Source of the DNA: an uncultured Nitrososphaerales archaeon
GTDB lineage: Archaea; Thermoproteota; Nitrososphaeria; Nitrososphaerales; Nitrososphaeraceae
Reading direction: 5' to 3'
NCBI GenBank assembly: GCA_963713605.1
Contig: CAVQMO010000010.1
Span: forward strand, 64,001-128,000
DNA: 64,000 bases
Positions within the stretch are counted from its first letter, which is position 1, and every line of letters begins with the position of its first letter. The translations under genes were made by a program, and so were the position numbers. Positions 32,859-43,883 of this stretch are shown piece after piece. The notes below the pieces were generated by a model. The model saw only the letters and a program-made list of their open reading frames with translations. It ran no database searches and was not told the DNA's origin.

Positions 32859-33474
32859 GTGGATGTTGGGGAGGAATTCAGAGTTTGTGTCCGAAATAGA
32901 AGAATAGGTATCGAGAATTGTAAGACTGGCTTAAATACAGAAGAGCGGTCTCCTGAGAACTTAGTTTTAGAGGTCCCGTACTCTGAAGCTCCGACATATC
33001 CTCCTAATCAGACTCCGCCAACTTCCGATCAGGGATTACCTGGAGAATCCCAAGTCATTTGGAGAATCCAAAATACATATGGAAGTGAACCGATTACATT
33101 GGCTATTTTTGGGAATGATCGAGGATGGACTTTTCATGAGGTTACCCCTGAGGTATTGCCTCGACCCGCGCTACTTTGATGGTACTCTGATAGCAACCAC
33201 AAAAGAAATAGATAGCTCTCTGCCTAATGGGGAGATATTGCGAATGTGTGTAGTGCCGACCTATCAGGGAGCTGAACCAACATGTCAAGATATAGCGGCA
33301 CAAGACGGCATTGCACAGGGAGTCTTTTATTGGGATTACGATGAAACTAAACCCAATCATATAACTGATCTAGATAATCCTAGACAGGAGAGGATAGACA
33401 GGTATAATGAACGGTTATTACAACAGAACAAGCCATCAACCCCCAAATCTAACTCCGCTGGCCCGTACACTTAG
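32859..33474 (+). CDS. Hypothetical extracellular-type protein, frameshifted at ~33165
   Basis: Two similar modules, GEEFRVCV..C and GEILRMCV..C, with a Pro-rich linker. Confidence 0.55.
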
Positions 33475-33509
33475 CTAATACAAGCTAGACTAGGCCTGGT
33501 CAAAGCTAC

Positions 33510-34850
33510 ATGAAACAATTAAAGTTAATCAGAAATCTGCACTTTGTTGAAATCCTGTCAACGATATCTGTTGGGATTTTACCGCTTCTAGCTGGCATTA
33601 CATTTCAATTACCGATTGATCGCGTCTATTCAACTCCCATTGAAGATGATTTGCCCTCTATAAGAGACCCCAAATTGGATGTTCAACTGATAGTGGATCA
33701 GGGTTTGTCGTCGCCGACGAGTATGGTATTTGTCGATGAAAATAATATTCTAGTCTTGGAAAAAAATAGCGGAAATGTAAAGCTTGTGACTGACGGAGTG
33801 CTAAAAGCCGATCCTGTATTGCATCTTGAGGTTGATAACATAACACTAACTTGTTGTAGAGGGTTATTGGGTATTGAGACCTCGGCTAAAAGCGGAAGCA
33901 GTAGTACAGATGTATTCTTGTATGCAACTGAATCTTCATCTAATGGCAAAACAGATAATGAAGGACAAGAAATAAGAAATAGAGTTTATCGATATCAGTG
34001 GGATGGTCAATCACTCATTAATCCCAAAATGATATTAGATCTTCCAGCTGAACCAGGTCCAAATCATCCTGGTGGTAAATTGAAATTAGGTCTTGATGGC
34101 TACTTGTACACCGTTATCGGAGATCTTAACAATGACGGAATGCTTCAGAATTTCAATGACGGCCCAGCCCCCGACGCAAGCTCAGTTATTCTTAGAGTTG
34201 ATGCATCTAATGGTTCTGGAGTCCCAGATAATCCATTTTTTAATTTCACCGAATATAATGATCTAAGCCAAATGGAAAAATACTATGCATATGGCATACG
34301 AAACAGCTTCGGATTAGCCATTGATCCTGAGAATGGTACATTGTGGCAAACAGAGAATGGAGATGAAGATTATGATGAAATTAATTTGGTTAGTTCCGGA
34401 TTTAACAGCGGTTGGGAGAAGCTTATGGGACCGATTGCCGAGAGTGACGTTGAAATTAAAGATCTTGTATTTTTCCCTGGATCAAATTATTCTGATCCAG
34501 TTTTTAGCTTTACTCCATCACTGGGATTAACCGACATTGAATTTCTGAATTCCTCATTGCTTGGAGATAGATACAAGAACAACATATTTGCTGGGGACAT
34601 AAATCACGGAAACCTCTACTTTTTCGAACTAAATGGTACTAGAAATGGTCTCAAATTTGATCCTGTTACCCAATCTAGATTAGAAGACTTGATTGCTGAC
34701 GGGGAAGAAGAGCTCAATGAGATAGTGTTTGGTACAGGATTTATGGGAATTACAGATATTGAAACTGGTCCAGATGGTTTTCTCTATATTCTGACTTTCA
34801 ATCAAGAATCAGATGGTGATGGTAAAATCTACAGGATTTCCCCCACATGA
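33510..34850 (+). CDS. Secreted PQQ-dependent glucose/sorbosone dehydrogenase (GSDH family), intact
   Basis: GLSSPTSMVF, RGLLGI, LDLPAEPGPNHPGG, YAYGIRNSFGLAIDP, ENG..DEIN..GFNSGW, ITDIETGPDG. Confidence 0.95.
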   Translation: MKQLKLIRNLHFVEILSTISVGILPLLAGITFQLPIDRVYSTPIEDDLPSIRDPKLDVQLIVDQGLSSPTSMVFVDENNILVLEKNSGNVKLVTDGVLKADPVLHLEVDNITLTCCRGLLGIETSAKSGSSSTDVFLYATESSSNGKTDNEGQEIRNRVYRYQWDGQSLINPKMILDLPAEPGPNHPGGKLKLGLDGYLYTVIGDLNNDGMLQNFNDGPAPDASSVILRVDASNGSGVPDNPFFNFTEYNDLSQMEKYYAYGIRNSFGLAIDPENGTLWQTENGDEDYDEINLVSSGFNSGWEKLMGPIAESDVEIKDLVFFPGSNYSDPVFSFTPSLGLTDIEFLNSSLLGDRYKNNIFAGDINHGNLYFFELNGTRNGLKFDPVTQSRLEDLIADGEEELNEIVFGTGFMGITDIETGPDGFLYILTFNQESDGDGKIYRISPT

Positions 34851-35065
34851 CATGATGGGTGTCACTTGATATCCTATATGTAGAGTATTATGTGTTGTTG
34901 ATACTGAAACCAAGATAAAGCTTGAGCTAGTTATGCCGATGACCCTAGTGGCCTATTTTGGTATTTTTTATGTATCTCGTACTATACTTTGGATATACTT
35001 TATAAGCATAATTGGTTACAGACTAGTGGTAAATACAGTGTGACTAAAGTAGAATCCGATAGTAA

Positions 35066-37072
35066 GTGGTAATATTGATCGAATTGTCGCTAACTAGATT
35101 ACTAATACTTTTAGTTCCAATTATTTTTTTAGAAATCGTGGTCATAAATATACAGCAAACACAGGCTATAACACAATTCTACTTTGACATGCCCGATGAC
35201 TTCGAGTTGAGCAAGTACAGTACGTTTAAAGCTCAATATTTTGACGAGGACGGGGAAGGGACTTGGTTTATGTGGAATTATACAGGCATCCCATACGACT
35301 TCAAAGTGGATTCTGATTGCTGCTCAATTGACAGACACAATGAAACAAAATCTGTACTGCCACTTGGAGAGCCCCTACTGGATATTCGATATGACTTCAG
35401 ATTCGCCATTAGCGATAATTTAACAATAGGTGAAAATATCGAACTTTGTGTTGACTCAACCAATTTCGATGAATGCGAATGGCCACAACCGATCGACCAA
35501 TTCGGCCGTGCATTAGCTGACCTTTCAGTAGATGAAGCTACAAATATGACAACCGAAATTCCCCGATCATTATTCCAACCATTAGGAGCTGAAGCTTTGG
35601 AAAAATCTCCGACCAATAATAATGGCATATTGATCGGAGCGAGAATATTGGATCCAAACTCTGGATTACTTGATGTTGAAGGGCATTTAAAGAATAATGT
35701 GAATTTGGCTGCAAATAATGACTTAGGCTATTCCCGTAATGGAACTATAGCAGATGGAGTTTCTAAACTAATTCTAATATTAAATTCCAGCAATACCTTG
35801 TTATTTTCAATTGCTGATACAAATCCTAATAATTTAACGAAGGGAACATTAACTTCGTTTAGTCAATCACTAAATTCTAATAGTCTGTCTTCTACCACTA
35901 TTGTTCATCCTCAAAGGATTAGTGATGATGATGAAAATAGATCAGTAGCTATTGTTGTATATACCCCACCAAATTTTATAGAATTACCTAAAGATACAAG
36001 CTTTGCAACAATCAATATTCTAGTAAATGATACTCGCTATCAGCCTACTCCAGTTGCATTATATCGAGTTCCTATAGTGCTGGTACATGGCCTTTGGGGT
36101 AACCCTCAAGAAACTTGGATTAATAGCAAATTTAATCAAACATTAGAGGAAAGTGGCTTTGATGTCTTCTTTGCAGATTACAGTGCTCATAATGCCGAAA
36201 CATTTGACCCATATAATATTTCAGAAATTGGCAATCATGGTATAAACTCAATAAGAAAAGCAATTACTCAAGTAAACGAAGAATACTCGAACAAATCCTT
36301 AGCAGCTACGCAGGTGGATGTAATAGCCCATAGCATGGGAGGGCTGATGGCTCGTGGACTGGTACAGCAGCCTGATTACAAAACACCGCAAAATTTTATG
36401 AAGGGTTCAATACACCGATTGATAACTATCGGGACACCACATTTCGGTGGAGATTTATCAAGAATTCTATTTGAACACCGCGATCAAAAGTATTGTGTTT
36501 ATGGCGAGCGATTGTTACCGGTCGATAAAAGTGGTAATTGCAATGAAGGAAAATTGCTAATAGACTTGAAAAAAATTTTCGAGCCATATAGATCAATTGT
36601 CCAAGGCGGTGTTCAATCGTTAATTCCTGAAAGTGATGCCTATGCTCATTTGTGTCAAACAGATGTCAAATCATACGCTATCGCAGGTATTTGGAAACCA
36701 AATGCTACTTTTAGTCAGAACAAACATGAGAATTTCTACAAAGACGTCACTGGTGATACGAATTTTAGTTTGGATAATGATGGGTTTCGTGACCAAAACG
36801 ACTTACTGGTAAGTTTATCGAGTCAGTTAGGTGGTTTAATGCACAATCAATCTCAATCTGTAGAGACTGATTTTGTCCCTCATAATAGTAAAGTATATTC
36901 TAACACTCTTCATACAACCAGTTACATACAAGGTAATGACAAAAATATCTCCTCAGAAATAAATTCAGCAGAGATACAACAAGATGTTGTAAGGTTACTT
37001 GGCTCTTCAAATGAAGATAAGAAGTTTGCAGACGCCATTGGAATAGGTTCTTTATGTGATATTCCTAAATAA
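35066..37072 (+). CDS. Secreted alpha/beta hydrolase (PGAP1/lipase-like) with long N-terminal region
   Basis: PIVLVHGLWG, VDVIAHSMGGL, LITIGTPHFG, NDLLVSLSSQ. Confidence 0.88.
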   Translation: MVILIELSLTRLLILLVPIIFLEIVVINIQQTQAITQFYFDMPDDFELSKYSTFKAQYFDEDGEGTWFMWNYTGIPYDFKVDSDCCSIDRHNETKSVLPLGEPLLDIRYDFRFAISDNLTIGENIELCVDSTNFDECEWPQPIDQFGRALADLSVDEATNMTTEIPRSLFQPLGAEALEKSPTNNNGILIGARILDPNSGLLDVEGHLKNNVNLAANNDLGYSRNGTIADGVSKLILILNSSNTLLFSIADTNPNNLTKGTLTSFSQSLNSNSLSSTTIVHPQRISDDDENRSVAIVVYTPPNFIELPKDTSFATINILVNDTRYQPTPVALYRVPIVLVHGLWGNPQETWINSKFNQTLEESGFDVFFADYSAHNAETFDPYNISEIGNHGINSIRKAITQVNEEYSNKSLAATQVDVIAHSMGGLMARGLVQQPDYKTPQNFMKGSIHRLITIGTPHFGGDLSRILFEHRDQKYCVYGERLLPVDKSGNCNEGKLLIDLKKIFEPYRSIVQGGVQSLIPESDAYAHLCQTDVKSYAIAGIWKPNATFSQNKHENFYKDVTGDTNFSLDNDGFRDQNDLLVSLSSQLGGLMHNQSQSVETDFVPHNSKVYSNTLHTTSYIQGNDKNISSEINSAEIQQDVVRLLGSSNEDKKFADAIGIGSLCDIPK

Positions 37073-37410
37073 AATATGATTATGTACTAAGCAATCTGAT
37101 GAGTTCGTATTTCTCTACCTATCTCACTCAATAGTATATCGCAAGGAAATGAGATATTATCTATATACGATGTGTCGCTATTGGCTAGTGAAAGACCAAA
37201 AGCCCCTGATCGCGGTATTTGTCCTACAACTGGATATATGTTTGGACCAGGGACTGTTATTTCATCTACTACTAATCCCGCTTTACCTCCTTCTAGTAAA
37301 TTACTGAGAAAATTAGGATTTCTTTTCCAACAGGACAATAATAGCTATACTGAAGATAAGGACGCCTGCGATACTGAGAATGGAGCTAGTTCCTCCATTG
37401 CCCAATTATG

Positions 37411-37650
37411 ATTATAATTATAATTATTTCTCAGGCATAGTAACGATAACCTTAGCACACCCAACAAATCGGCCGTACTTGTTTGCTTTTTATCTAGATC
37501 ATATACATCTCCAAATTGTTTAGTAGCTGGTCTTCGTAATGCAGAAATTACACCTTTGAATCTAGGGTCAGTGCTTATTTGTCGTGTGATAACGACCTTG
37601 TGCAATTGTTCAAGCATAAGTTTGTGTTTAGTTCTGGAATTTATTGAATG
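37411..37650 (-). pseudogene. C-terminal fragment of a terminase-like protein
   Basis: TKHKLMLEQ..DPRFKGVISALR..DLDKKQTSTADLLGVLRLSL; related fragment at ~37925-37985. Confidence 0.5.
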
Positions 37651-37924
37651 CTACAAGTAGCTTCTGATAATATTTGAGATCATTTTACTATGCTCTGTCA
37701 TTTTCATCATCTTCTTCGCTTCCATCACCGTCTCCATTTTCATCGTCATTCCCATCGTCTACGATATCAATTATAGTAACCCAAAAGACGAGGATACGTT
37801 CCGCTGGTTCTATCCCGATTGTTAATATGGATTGCCTCAAGAGCCTCTATAGTTTTGCAAGAGGACGAAGCTGAATGAGTATATTTGAGAAAGGTCTGAG
37901 AAGGTAATAATTTGAATGGGAGCT

Positions 37925-37985
37925 GGTATGTGCTAATTGTAGTAACGATAACCTAAGCGCATCGAGTACATCATTTGAACTTAAT
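37925..37985 (-). pseudogene. Second short C-terminal fragment of the same family
   Basis: SSNDVLDALRLSLL; shares AGTAACGATAACCT with 37439-37452. Confidence 0.45.
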
Positions 37986-38078
37986 TGAATCATTTAATAT
38001 GATAGATGACATTCAGGATACCGGTTATGCTCACTTATTCGGATAAATCCCTGTACAAGCAATGAGGCAGCTTCCCGA

Positions 38079-38861
38079 TTATTGGGCATTCGAGCCGCTG
38101 AGGGCTATAAATCGCTCAATCATAGCATTGACCTGATCAGGCACTTCAAGCTGGTGATAGTGCCCTGATCCAACGGTCTGCGCCACCATCAACTGCGGAG
38201 TCAATTCCTTGAAGCGAGACAAATTGGCAAAGCCAAAGCCAGCTCCTATGTAGAGAATCGGGACCTTGCAGGCTGCAGCTGCAGCAACCGTGTCAAAGTT
38301 GACATAGCTTTCCAGTGATGACGCTCCGACGTGCTGGGCAAAACCCAACATATCATTCATGACTTTGGAGCGGCGGGCTGGGTCATCACTGAATCCTATG
38401 AATTGATTGAGAAACTGCACGACAGCCTCCAGGTACATTGGCGTCCGCAACGCATCTGCAAACTTACGCAATCCCTCGACGAACAGCGCAGGTGGCGCTA
38501 CGGGAGTATCCATTACAACGATGCCTACTGGGAAGTCAGGATCGCGCCAACCCATTTCCAAAGCAATCAAGCCGCCCATACTATGCCCAATGACAATCGG
38601 CTTCTTGATGCCGACCTGCTGACATAGCCAATAGATGTCGTCTGAATAGGCGGTCATCGTGTAATCCTGCTGAGGCTTATCACTCTTTCCATGACCTCGC
38701 AAGTCCATGACCAGGACATGGTGATTCTGTTTGAAATAATCGAACTGAGGCGTGAAGTGAGTATGATCGGCGAAACCGCCATGAATGAAGACCAGCGGCG
38801 GATCGCCTTTCCCTGATTCTTCGTAGGCCAATATGACATTATCTCGACGTATTTGCTTCAT
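38079..38861 (-). CDS. Alpha/beta fold hydrolase
   Basis: LVFIHGG, DLRGHGKS, GHSMGG, GSGHYHQLEVPDQVN. Confidence 0.95.
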   Translation of the reverse strand: MKQIRRDNVILAYEESGKGDPPLVFIHGGFADHTHFTPQFDYFKQNHHVLVMDLRGHGKSDKPQQDYTMTAYSDDIYWLCQQVGIKKPIVIGHSMGGLIALEMGWRDPDFPVGIVVMDTPVAPPALFVEGLRKFADALRTPMYLEAVVQFLNQFIGFSDDPARRSKVMNDMLGFAQHVGASSLESYVNFDTVAAAAACKVPILYIGAGFGFANLSRFKELTPQLMVAQTVGSGHYHQLEVPDQVNAMIERFIALSGSNAQ

Positions 38862-39025
38862 CTTTGTTCTCCGTTAGTATTCCTTATTATTTTCTATTGC
38901 GCAGGAAGTGGTGCCTCTAAAGTCCTGCATTTCTAAGAGGTATGACTCTTCCGCTTGATAGTAACACGCGGGCTGGTCGTTAGTCAGCAGTTTCAAAGGC
39001 CGTTGTAAAACCTCGGACAGTCTTG

Positions 39026-42000
39026 TCAGACAGAACTTCGCATTAGCGCCTTGACTTCTTGAAGGTCCGCAGTGGCAAAGCCTTCGGTAAACCAGTCGTA
39101 TATCTCCTCGAGTAGCTGGCGGGCTTCTTCTCGTTTACCGTGTGTCAGCCATAGACGGCTCAAGCTTTTCGATGCCCTCAACTCCAGAGACTTGGCCTTC
39201 TGGCTCCGGGCGATTTCAATTGCCTGAACAAAACATGCCTCAGCCTCATCTTTGTCTCGCGTGAGAGTTAGTTCGCCCTTGAGTCGAAACAACTCAGCCT
39301 GCCACCGACGTTCTCCGGTGCTGTTCGCCGCATCCAATGCCTCAGCCAGCACATTCAAACCTTCATCGATCTGCCCTCTTTTACCATACGCTTCGGCTAG
39401 CAAGGCCAAGTAATCAGTTCGCATGAACTCCGCCCCTGTGGCTTGGTAATCGGCTAGGCCACGGCGAATCTCTGCAACACCCTCATCAGCATCGCCCAGT
39501 TCAACCAATGTCCAGCCGCGTATGATGATTGCCCATGATAGAATGAACGGGAACCCGTGGCTCGTCGAAATGGCAATGGCTGCCTCTGCTTGCTCGCGAG
39601 CTGCGCCCACCTCCCGGCGGAGTTGATGGACAATCGCTGCATAGGTAAGGGTGGCGGCCAAGCTAAATGGATGGGCAAAATCTCGCGCACGAGCGAGGCC
39701 CTGTTGCATGCTGTCGATAGATTGATCAGGATAGCCTAGAATCCAAAGGAGACAGGCCAACTGAGACAAATAGGCTACTCTGGGGTCCTGCCCATAAAGG
39801 TAAGCGTGGGATTTGTGTTTCTGCGGATCAAAGAGTGCAATCCCCCGGTTCAGGTGCTCGCGAGCACGGGTCAGTTCTGCTAGCCCAAATAAGGTGATTC
39901 CTATGGCCCGGTGGGCTTCCAGAAGAAAAGCGGGGTTATCTTGACGCTGCGCTAAGACGAGGAATTGTTCCCCTACTTCGAGTGCATGAATCATATCTGA
40001 TCGCATGTTGTAGAACCCCCAGAGACCTCTCAGGGCTGGGAAGAGTTTTCGAGTTTGCCCGACTTGTATGCATAGCTCTCGGGCACGAGCGTAGGCCTCT
40101 CTTGACTCCGCCGCAGCGTACCCTTTAGCAGCTATTAAAGGGACTCCCAAGGCAAGCTGCAAATCAAGTTCTGTCTGGGCCCGCTCAGGGGTATCTGGCA
40201 GAGCCCTAATGAGTTCGATCCCTTTCCTGAGGTATGCTATAGCCTCCGCATTTGCTGAGCGCTGGATAGCCTTCTCTCCGCCCAGCTGCCAGTAGGAAAC
40301 GGCCTCATCTAAAAGATCTGCTTCAGTATAATGATAGGCCAGAAGTTCAGGTTGAGTTTCAATAATGCGAGGAAGTATTTGTTTCATCGAGTCTGCGACC
40401 TCTCCGTGTAATTTTCGGCGACTAGACTTCAGTAACATCCCATATGCGACATCTCTTGTTAGCACGTGCTTGAAGGTATAACCCGTATCCTTTTGAGTCT
40501 GAGTTAACATGAAACCGGTCCCTGTAAGGATATCTAGTTGCTCCCTAAGCTTAATTCCTTTCAGTTCTGATACATTCTCGAGAACGGGAATTTCCAGCTC
40601 ACATCCAATAACACTTGCTACCTGTAATGTATTCTTAGTTTCGTTATCCAGACGGTCCATACGAGCCGCTAATACTCCTTGGACAGTTTCAGGAATGTTT
40701 AGCTTATCGGGAGACACCGTAAGTGAATACGAGCCGTTGAGTTTGACAGCATGGGTTTCTCGGAGGGCGAGGACAAGTTCTTCAACGAAGAAAGGGTTAC
40801 CTTCTGTACGATTGAGAATAAATTTTTCTAATTCTGATGATACTGGTGCATCAAAAAGGGTTTGAATAAGGCGATGCCCCTCAGCTTTATGAAGGAGGGA
40901 CAACGGTAGAGAAGTATATGAAAGATGTTTTTGCCAAGGGGGTTCGAACTCAGGACGTGATATGAGCACTAAAAGAATTCGACTAAAGCCAATTGCATTC
41001 AAAAAAGAGGTTAGAAATTCACGAGATGTTTCATCAAGCCATTGTAAGTCATCAAGAGCCAAGATCAATGGCTGTACAGCAGCTGCATTTCGAAATAGTA
41101 TTGTGAGCCCTTCAAAAATTTTGTTCCGCCGCATGGGGGGCGAGAGATGAGAGTATTCTGGATCACTAAACGGCAATGAAAGCAAGTCTTCAAAACAAGA
41201 TACATATTCTTTAAGGTCACCACCACCAATTCGCTGAGTGATAGTTTTTCGTACTTCATCGCTAGCTTGTATTGGCAGACCTAAATACTGACGTATTACT
41301 TCAATGAACGGTTGATAAGGTGAGATCCGACCGTGAGGCTTACAATGGCCTTCAAGATACAATACATCAGAATCTAGACGTTGGATGAATTCGTAGAGGA
41401 AACGTGATTTGCCTATTCCTGCCTCTCCGAAAATTCCTACTGCCTGGCCTTCGCCCTTTACAGCTTTTGTAAATAAACTTTTTAATGAAGTCAGTTCATC
41501 TTCACGTCCTATGTAAGGAGTTAACCCTTTTGCCTTTGCCTTACCAAAGCGTGTTTGTTGAGGACGAATACCCAATGGAATGTAAACTCTAATGGGTTTT
41601 TTCTTACCCTTAACTGTGATTTCTCCGACCTCGGCGAAATCAAAAACATCTTTTGTTAGTCTATAAACACTTTCGCCGACGAATATCTGACCTGGTTGTG
41701 CAGCACTTTGGATCCGCGATGCAGTATTGACAGTATCACCTATTACGGTATACTGTTTTCGTAGATCAGAGCCTATACTGCCAGCAACAACTAATCCAGT
41801 GTTAAGTCCTACATGCATCTGAATCGGAAAAGGCAGGATTTCGTTCAATTCGTCCAAAGCCTCAATTATCTCCATGGCTGTCTTGACAGCGCGCTCCGGA
41901 TCATCCTCATGTGCTACTGGTGCACCAAACAATGCAATGATGCAATCCCCCATATACTTGTCAACTGTTCCCTCGTATCTGTAAATTATTTCAGTTAGCC

Positions 42001-42370
42001 TATTGAAGCAAGAATTAATGATATTTATAACCTCCTCCGGATCAAGCTTCTCAGACATCTGAGTAAAGCCGCTAATATCCGTGAACATTATGGTAACGTT
42101 CTTTCTTTCACCTTTCATTTTTATTACATTAGGGGGAATTCTAACTGAACGTAAATCTGGGTGTATTTCATAATCAGCGTGGGATAACGCAAGTCTGGCT
42201 CCACATTCATCGCAAAACTTTGCTGCCGTCCTGACCTTATGTCCACAATCAGTGCATGCAGCTGTTAAATCTGTGCCACATTCCCTACAAGATTTGGAAT
42301 CTATTAGATTTTTAAAATCGCATCTAGGACATTTCAGCCCAGCATCCCTATCTTTGTCGACAAAGTTCAT
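39026..42370 (-). CDS. Double Zn-ribbon + class III adenylate cyclase + STAND-type AAA ATPase + TPR protein
   Basis: Four CxxC; FTDISGFT, DKYMGD, YTVIGDTVNTASR; Walker A GEAGIGKS, Walker B LALDDLQWLD, GNPFF; tail WFTEGFATADL. Confidence 0.95.
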   Translation of the reverse strand: MNFVDKDRDAGLKCPRCDFKNLIDSKSCRECGTDLTAACTDCGHKVRTAAKFCDECGARLALSHADYEIHPDLRSVRIPPNVIKMKGERKNVTIMFTDISGFTQMSEKLDPEEVINIINSCFNRLTEIIYRYEGTVDKYMGDCIIALFGAPVAHEDDPERAVKTAMEIIEALDELNEILPFPIQMHVGLNTGLVVAGSIGSDLRKQYTVIGDTVNTASRIQSAAQPGQIFVGESVYRLTKDVFDFAEVGEITVKGKKKPIRVYIPLGIRPQQTRFGKAKAKGLTPYIGREDELTSLKSLFTKAVKGEGQAVGIFGEAGIGKSRFLYEFIQRLDSDVLYLEGHCKPHGRISPYQPFIEVIRQYLGLPIQASDEVRKTITQRIGGGDLKEYVSCFEDLLSLPFSDPEYSHLSPPMRRNKIFEGLTILFRNAAAVQPLILALDDLQWLDETSREFLTSFLNAIGFSRILLVLISRPEFEPPWQKHLSYTSLPLSLLHKAEGHRLIQTLFDAPVSSELEKFILNRTEGNPFFVEELVLALRETHAVKLNGSYSLTVSPDKLNIPETVQGVLAARMDRLDNETKNTLQVASVIGCELEIPVLENVSELKGIKLREQLDILTGTGFMLTQTQKDTGYTFKHVLTRDVAYGMLLKSSRRKLHGEVADSMKQILPRIIETQPELLAYHYTEADLLDEAVSYWQLGGEKAIQRSANAEAIAYLRKGIELIRALPDTPERAQTELDLQLALGVPLIAAKGYAAAESREAYARARELCIQVGQTRKLFPALRGLWGFYNMRSDMIHALEVGEQFLVLAQRQDNPAFLLEAHRAIGITLFGLAELTRAREHLNRGIALFDPQKHKSHAYLYGQDPRVAYLSQLACLLWILGYPDQSIDSMQQGLARARDFAHPFSLAATLTYAAIVHQLRREVGAAREQAEAAIAISTSHGFPFILSWAIIIRGWTLVELGDADEGVAEIRRGLADYQATGAEFMRTDYLALLAEAYGKRGQIDEGLNVLAEALDAANSTGERRWQAELFRLKGELTLTRDKDEAEACFVQAIEIARSQKAKSLELRASKSLSRLWLTHGKREEARQLLEEIYDWFTEGFATADLQEVKALMRSSV

Positions 42371-43830
42371 TACTTACTCTATTGCGCCAATTTAATTGAG
42401 ATTGCCATATATTTGTGCCTTGAGATATTATAGCTTGTCTCGTTCTTCATTATTTTCAGCGTGTCAAGAAATCAGTAACTCTAGAATCAACGAATACAAT
42501 GTCTGCAGCATGCTGTATGTGTAAGTTTATGTATAAACATACGCGATAATCGAGGAACTGAAATAGCGCAACTTTTTCTTATAATCATTAGCATTATTTC
42601 AGATAGTGAGCCAGACTCTGCACCTTGGATAAACAAGAACGATACTCCAGTCATATTGTTGCTGCCGGTTGCAGTTGCCGCTGCAGTTAATTTGCTCCAG
42701 AAGTCGGTGTAGCGGATACAATCTTCGTAACAGGAAATAGTAGAGTTGACGATGAAGATGCTACTAACTATTAACAGCATTCCAAATATTGCCAGACATG
42801 TATGATTTTGGTTTGACATACGACAAGAGATGTTATGCGAGTATTTATCCATCTATATGTTCCATACATGAGTTTTTGGAATAGGAATCTCTCTTAAATC
42901 AGATTTGTCTTCAAAAAATATCTAATTCCAGAACGTCAACGACATCCTAAGTGCAGCCCCCTCTTCCCTCTTCCGATGCTATAGTGTTTTTTGACTAGTC
43001 TCCTCATTACTATTTCAATCGATTTGAAACGATGTAGGAATCCAAACCACAAGGAACATGTAGCAAACTTCATCAAGAAATATCCTTCGACAAAAGGAAG
43101 AGTTCCTCAGACTATCATCTTAGTCGACCCAAATGATTGATCTGTTGCATTAGAGAATCCTGATTTGAATACAACGGAATGTTGCTAGGTTTGCGAGCAT
43201 CGCCGAGGACATAACACGGGCTGAAAGCGGCATAGGAATTACGGGTCTAGGACAAGTATGCTTCTGTCAATGGAAGAAAAGGCTTTAGTTAGTGGTAGCG
43301 TCAAAATCAATCAAAAATCTTCTGTATTCATCTTTCATACTATACTAATCTCAAGCCGGAGTAAACACACGTCAGTCTGAGGATTGAAGAGTCTATCGTC
43401 ATAACTTGGGGTTTAGAGCTTTTATCAAGGCTAGAAAATTCGCACATAACACAATGATACGTTGTGTATTCATTTTATGGTCATTCCAACTAAAAGTCTT
43501 TTTGGTAATTTTATAAGATTTACGAAATGAAAAGAGGTAGTGCGGCCGAGAATTTGTCCAATTGAAAGGAAAGGACTGGCCAGCCGCTACCCAAGCCATG
43601 CTGATTTACGATATGCTCACATTTCATATTATATTATTATATAATAGACATTATGGAACTTGGTTACTTGTTCTTCCAAATTTGGAAAATCTGATAGGGA
43701 AGTAGACGACTAATAAACGACATGTCGGACGCATTGGTCGCCTACCTCAACTTGAGAGACAGTGAGATTCTTTGAGTGACTTAACGGCCCCAACTGCCGG
43801 CAACTGATACAACATACTATAAAAGCAGAT

Positions 43831-43883
43831 AGAGAAGGACAGCCTACATACAAACATAGGAAGAGGTGTAGCCGTCCTTCTCT
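43831..43883. other. Imperfect inverted repeat / hairpin
   Basis: AGAGAAGGACAGCCTACA ... TGTAGCCGTCCTTCTCT. Confidence 0.75.

Noticed and set aside
38997..39023. AGGCCGTTGTAAAAC..ACAGTCT resembling an IS terminal repeat
   Set aside because: Too short, with no transposase, partner end or target duplication.
42487..43600. ORFs 42487-42852 and 43399-43599
   Set aside because: Mosaic or low-quality translations; at most a short secreted-protein relic (SNNMTGVSFLFIQGAESGS).
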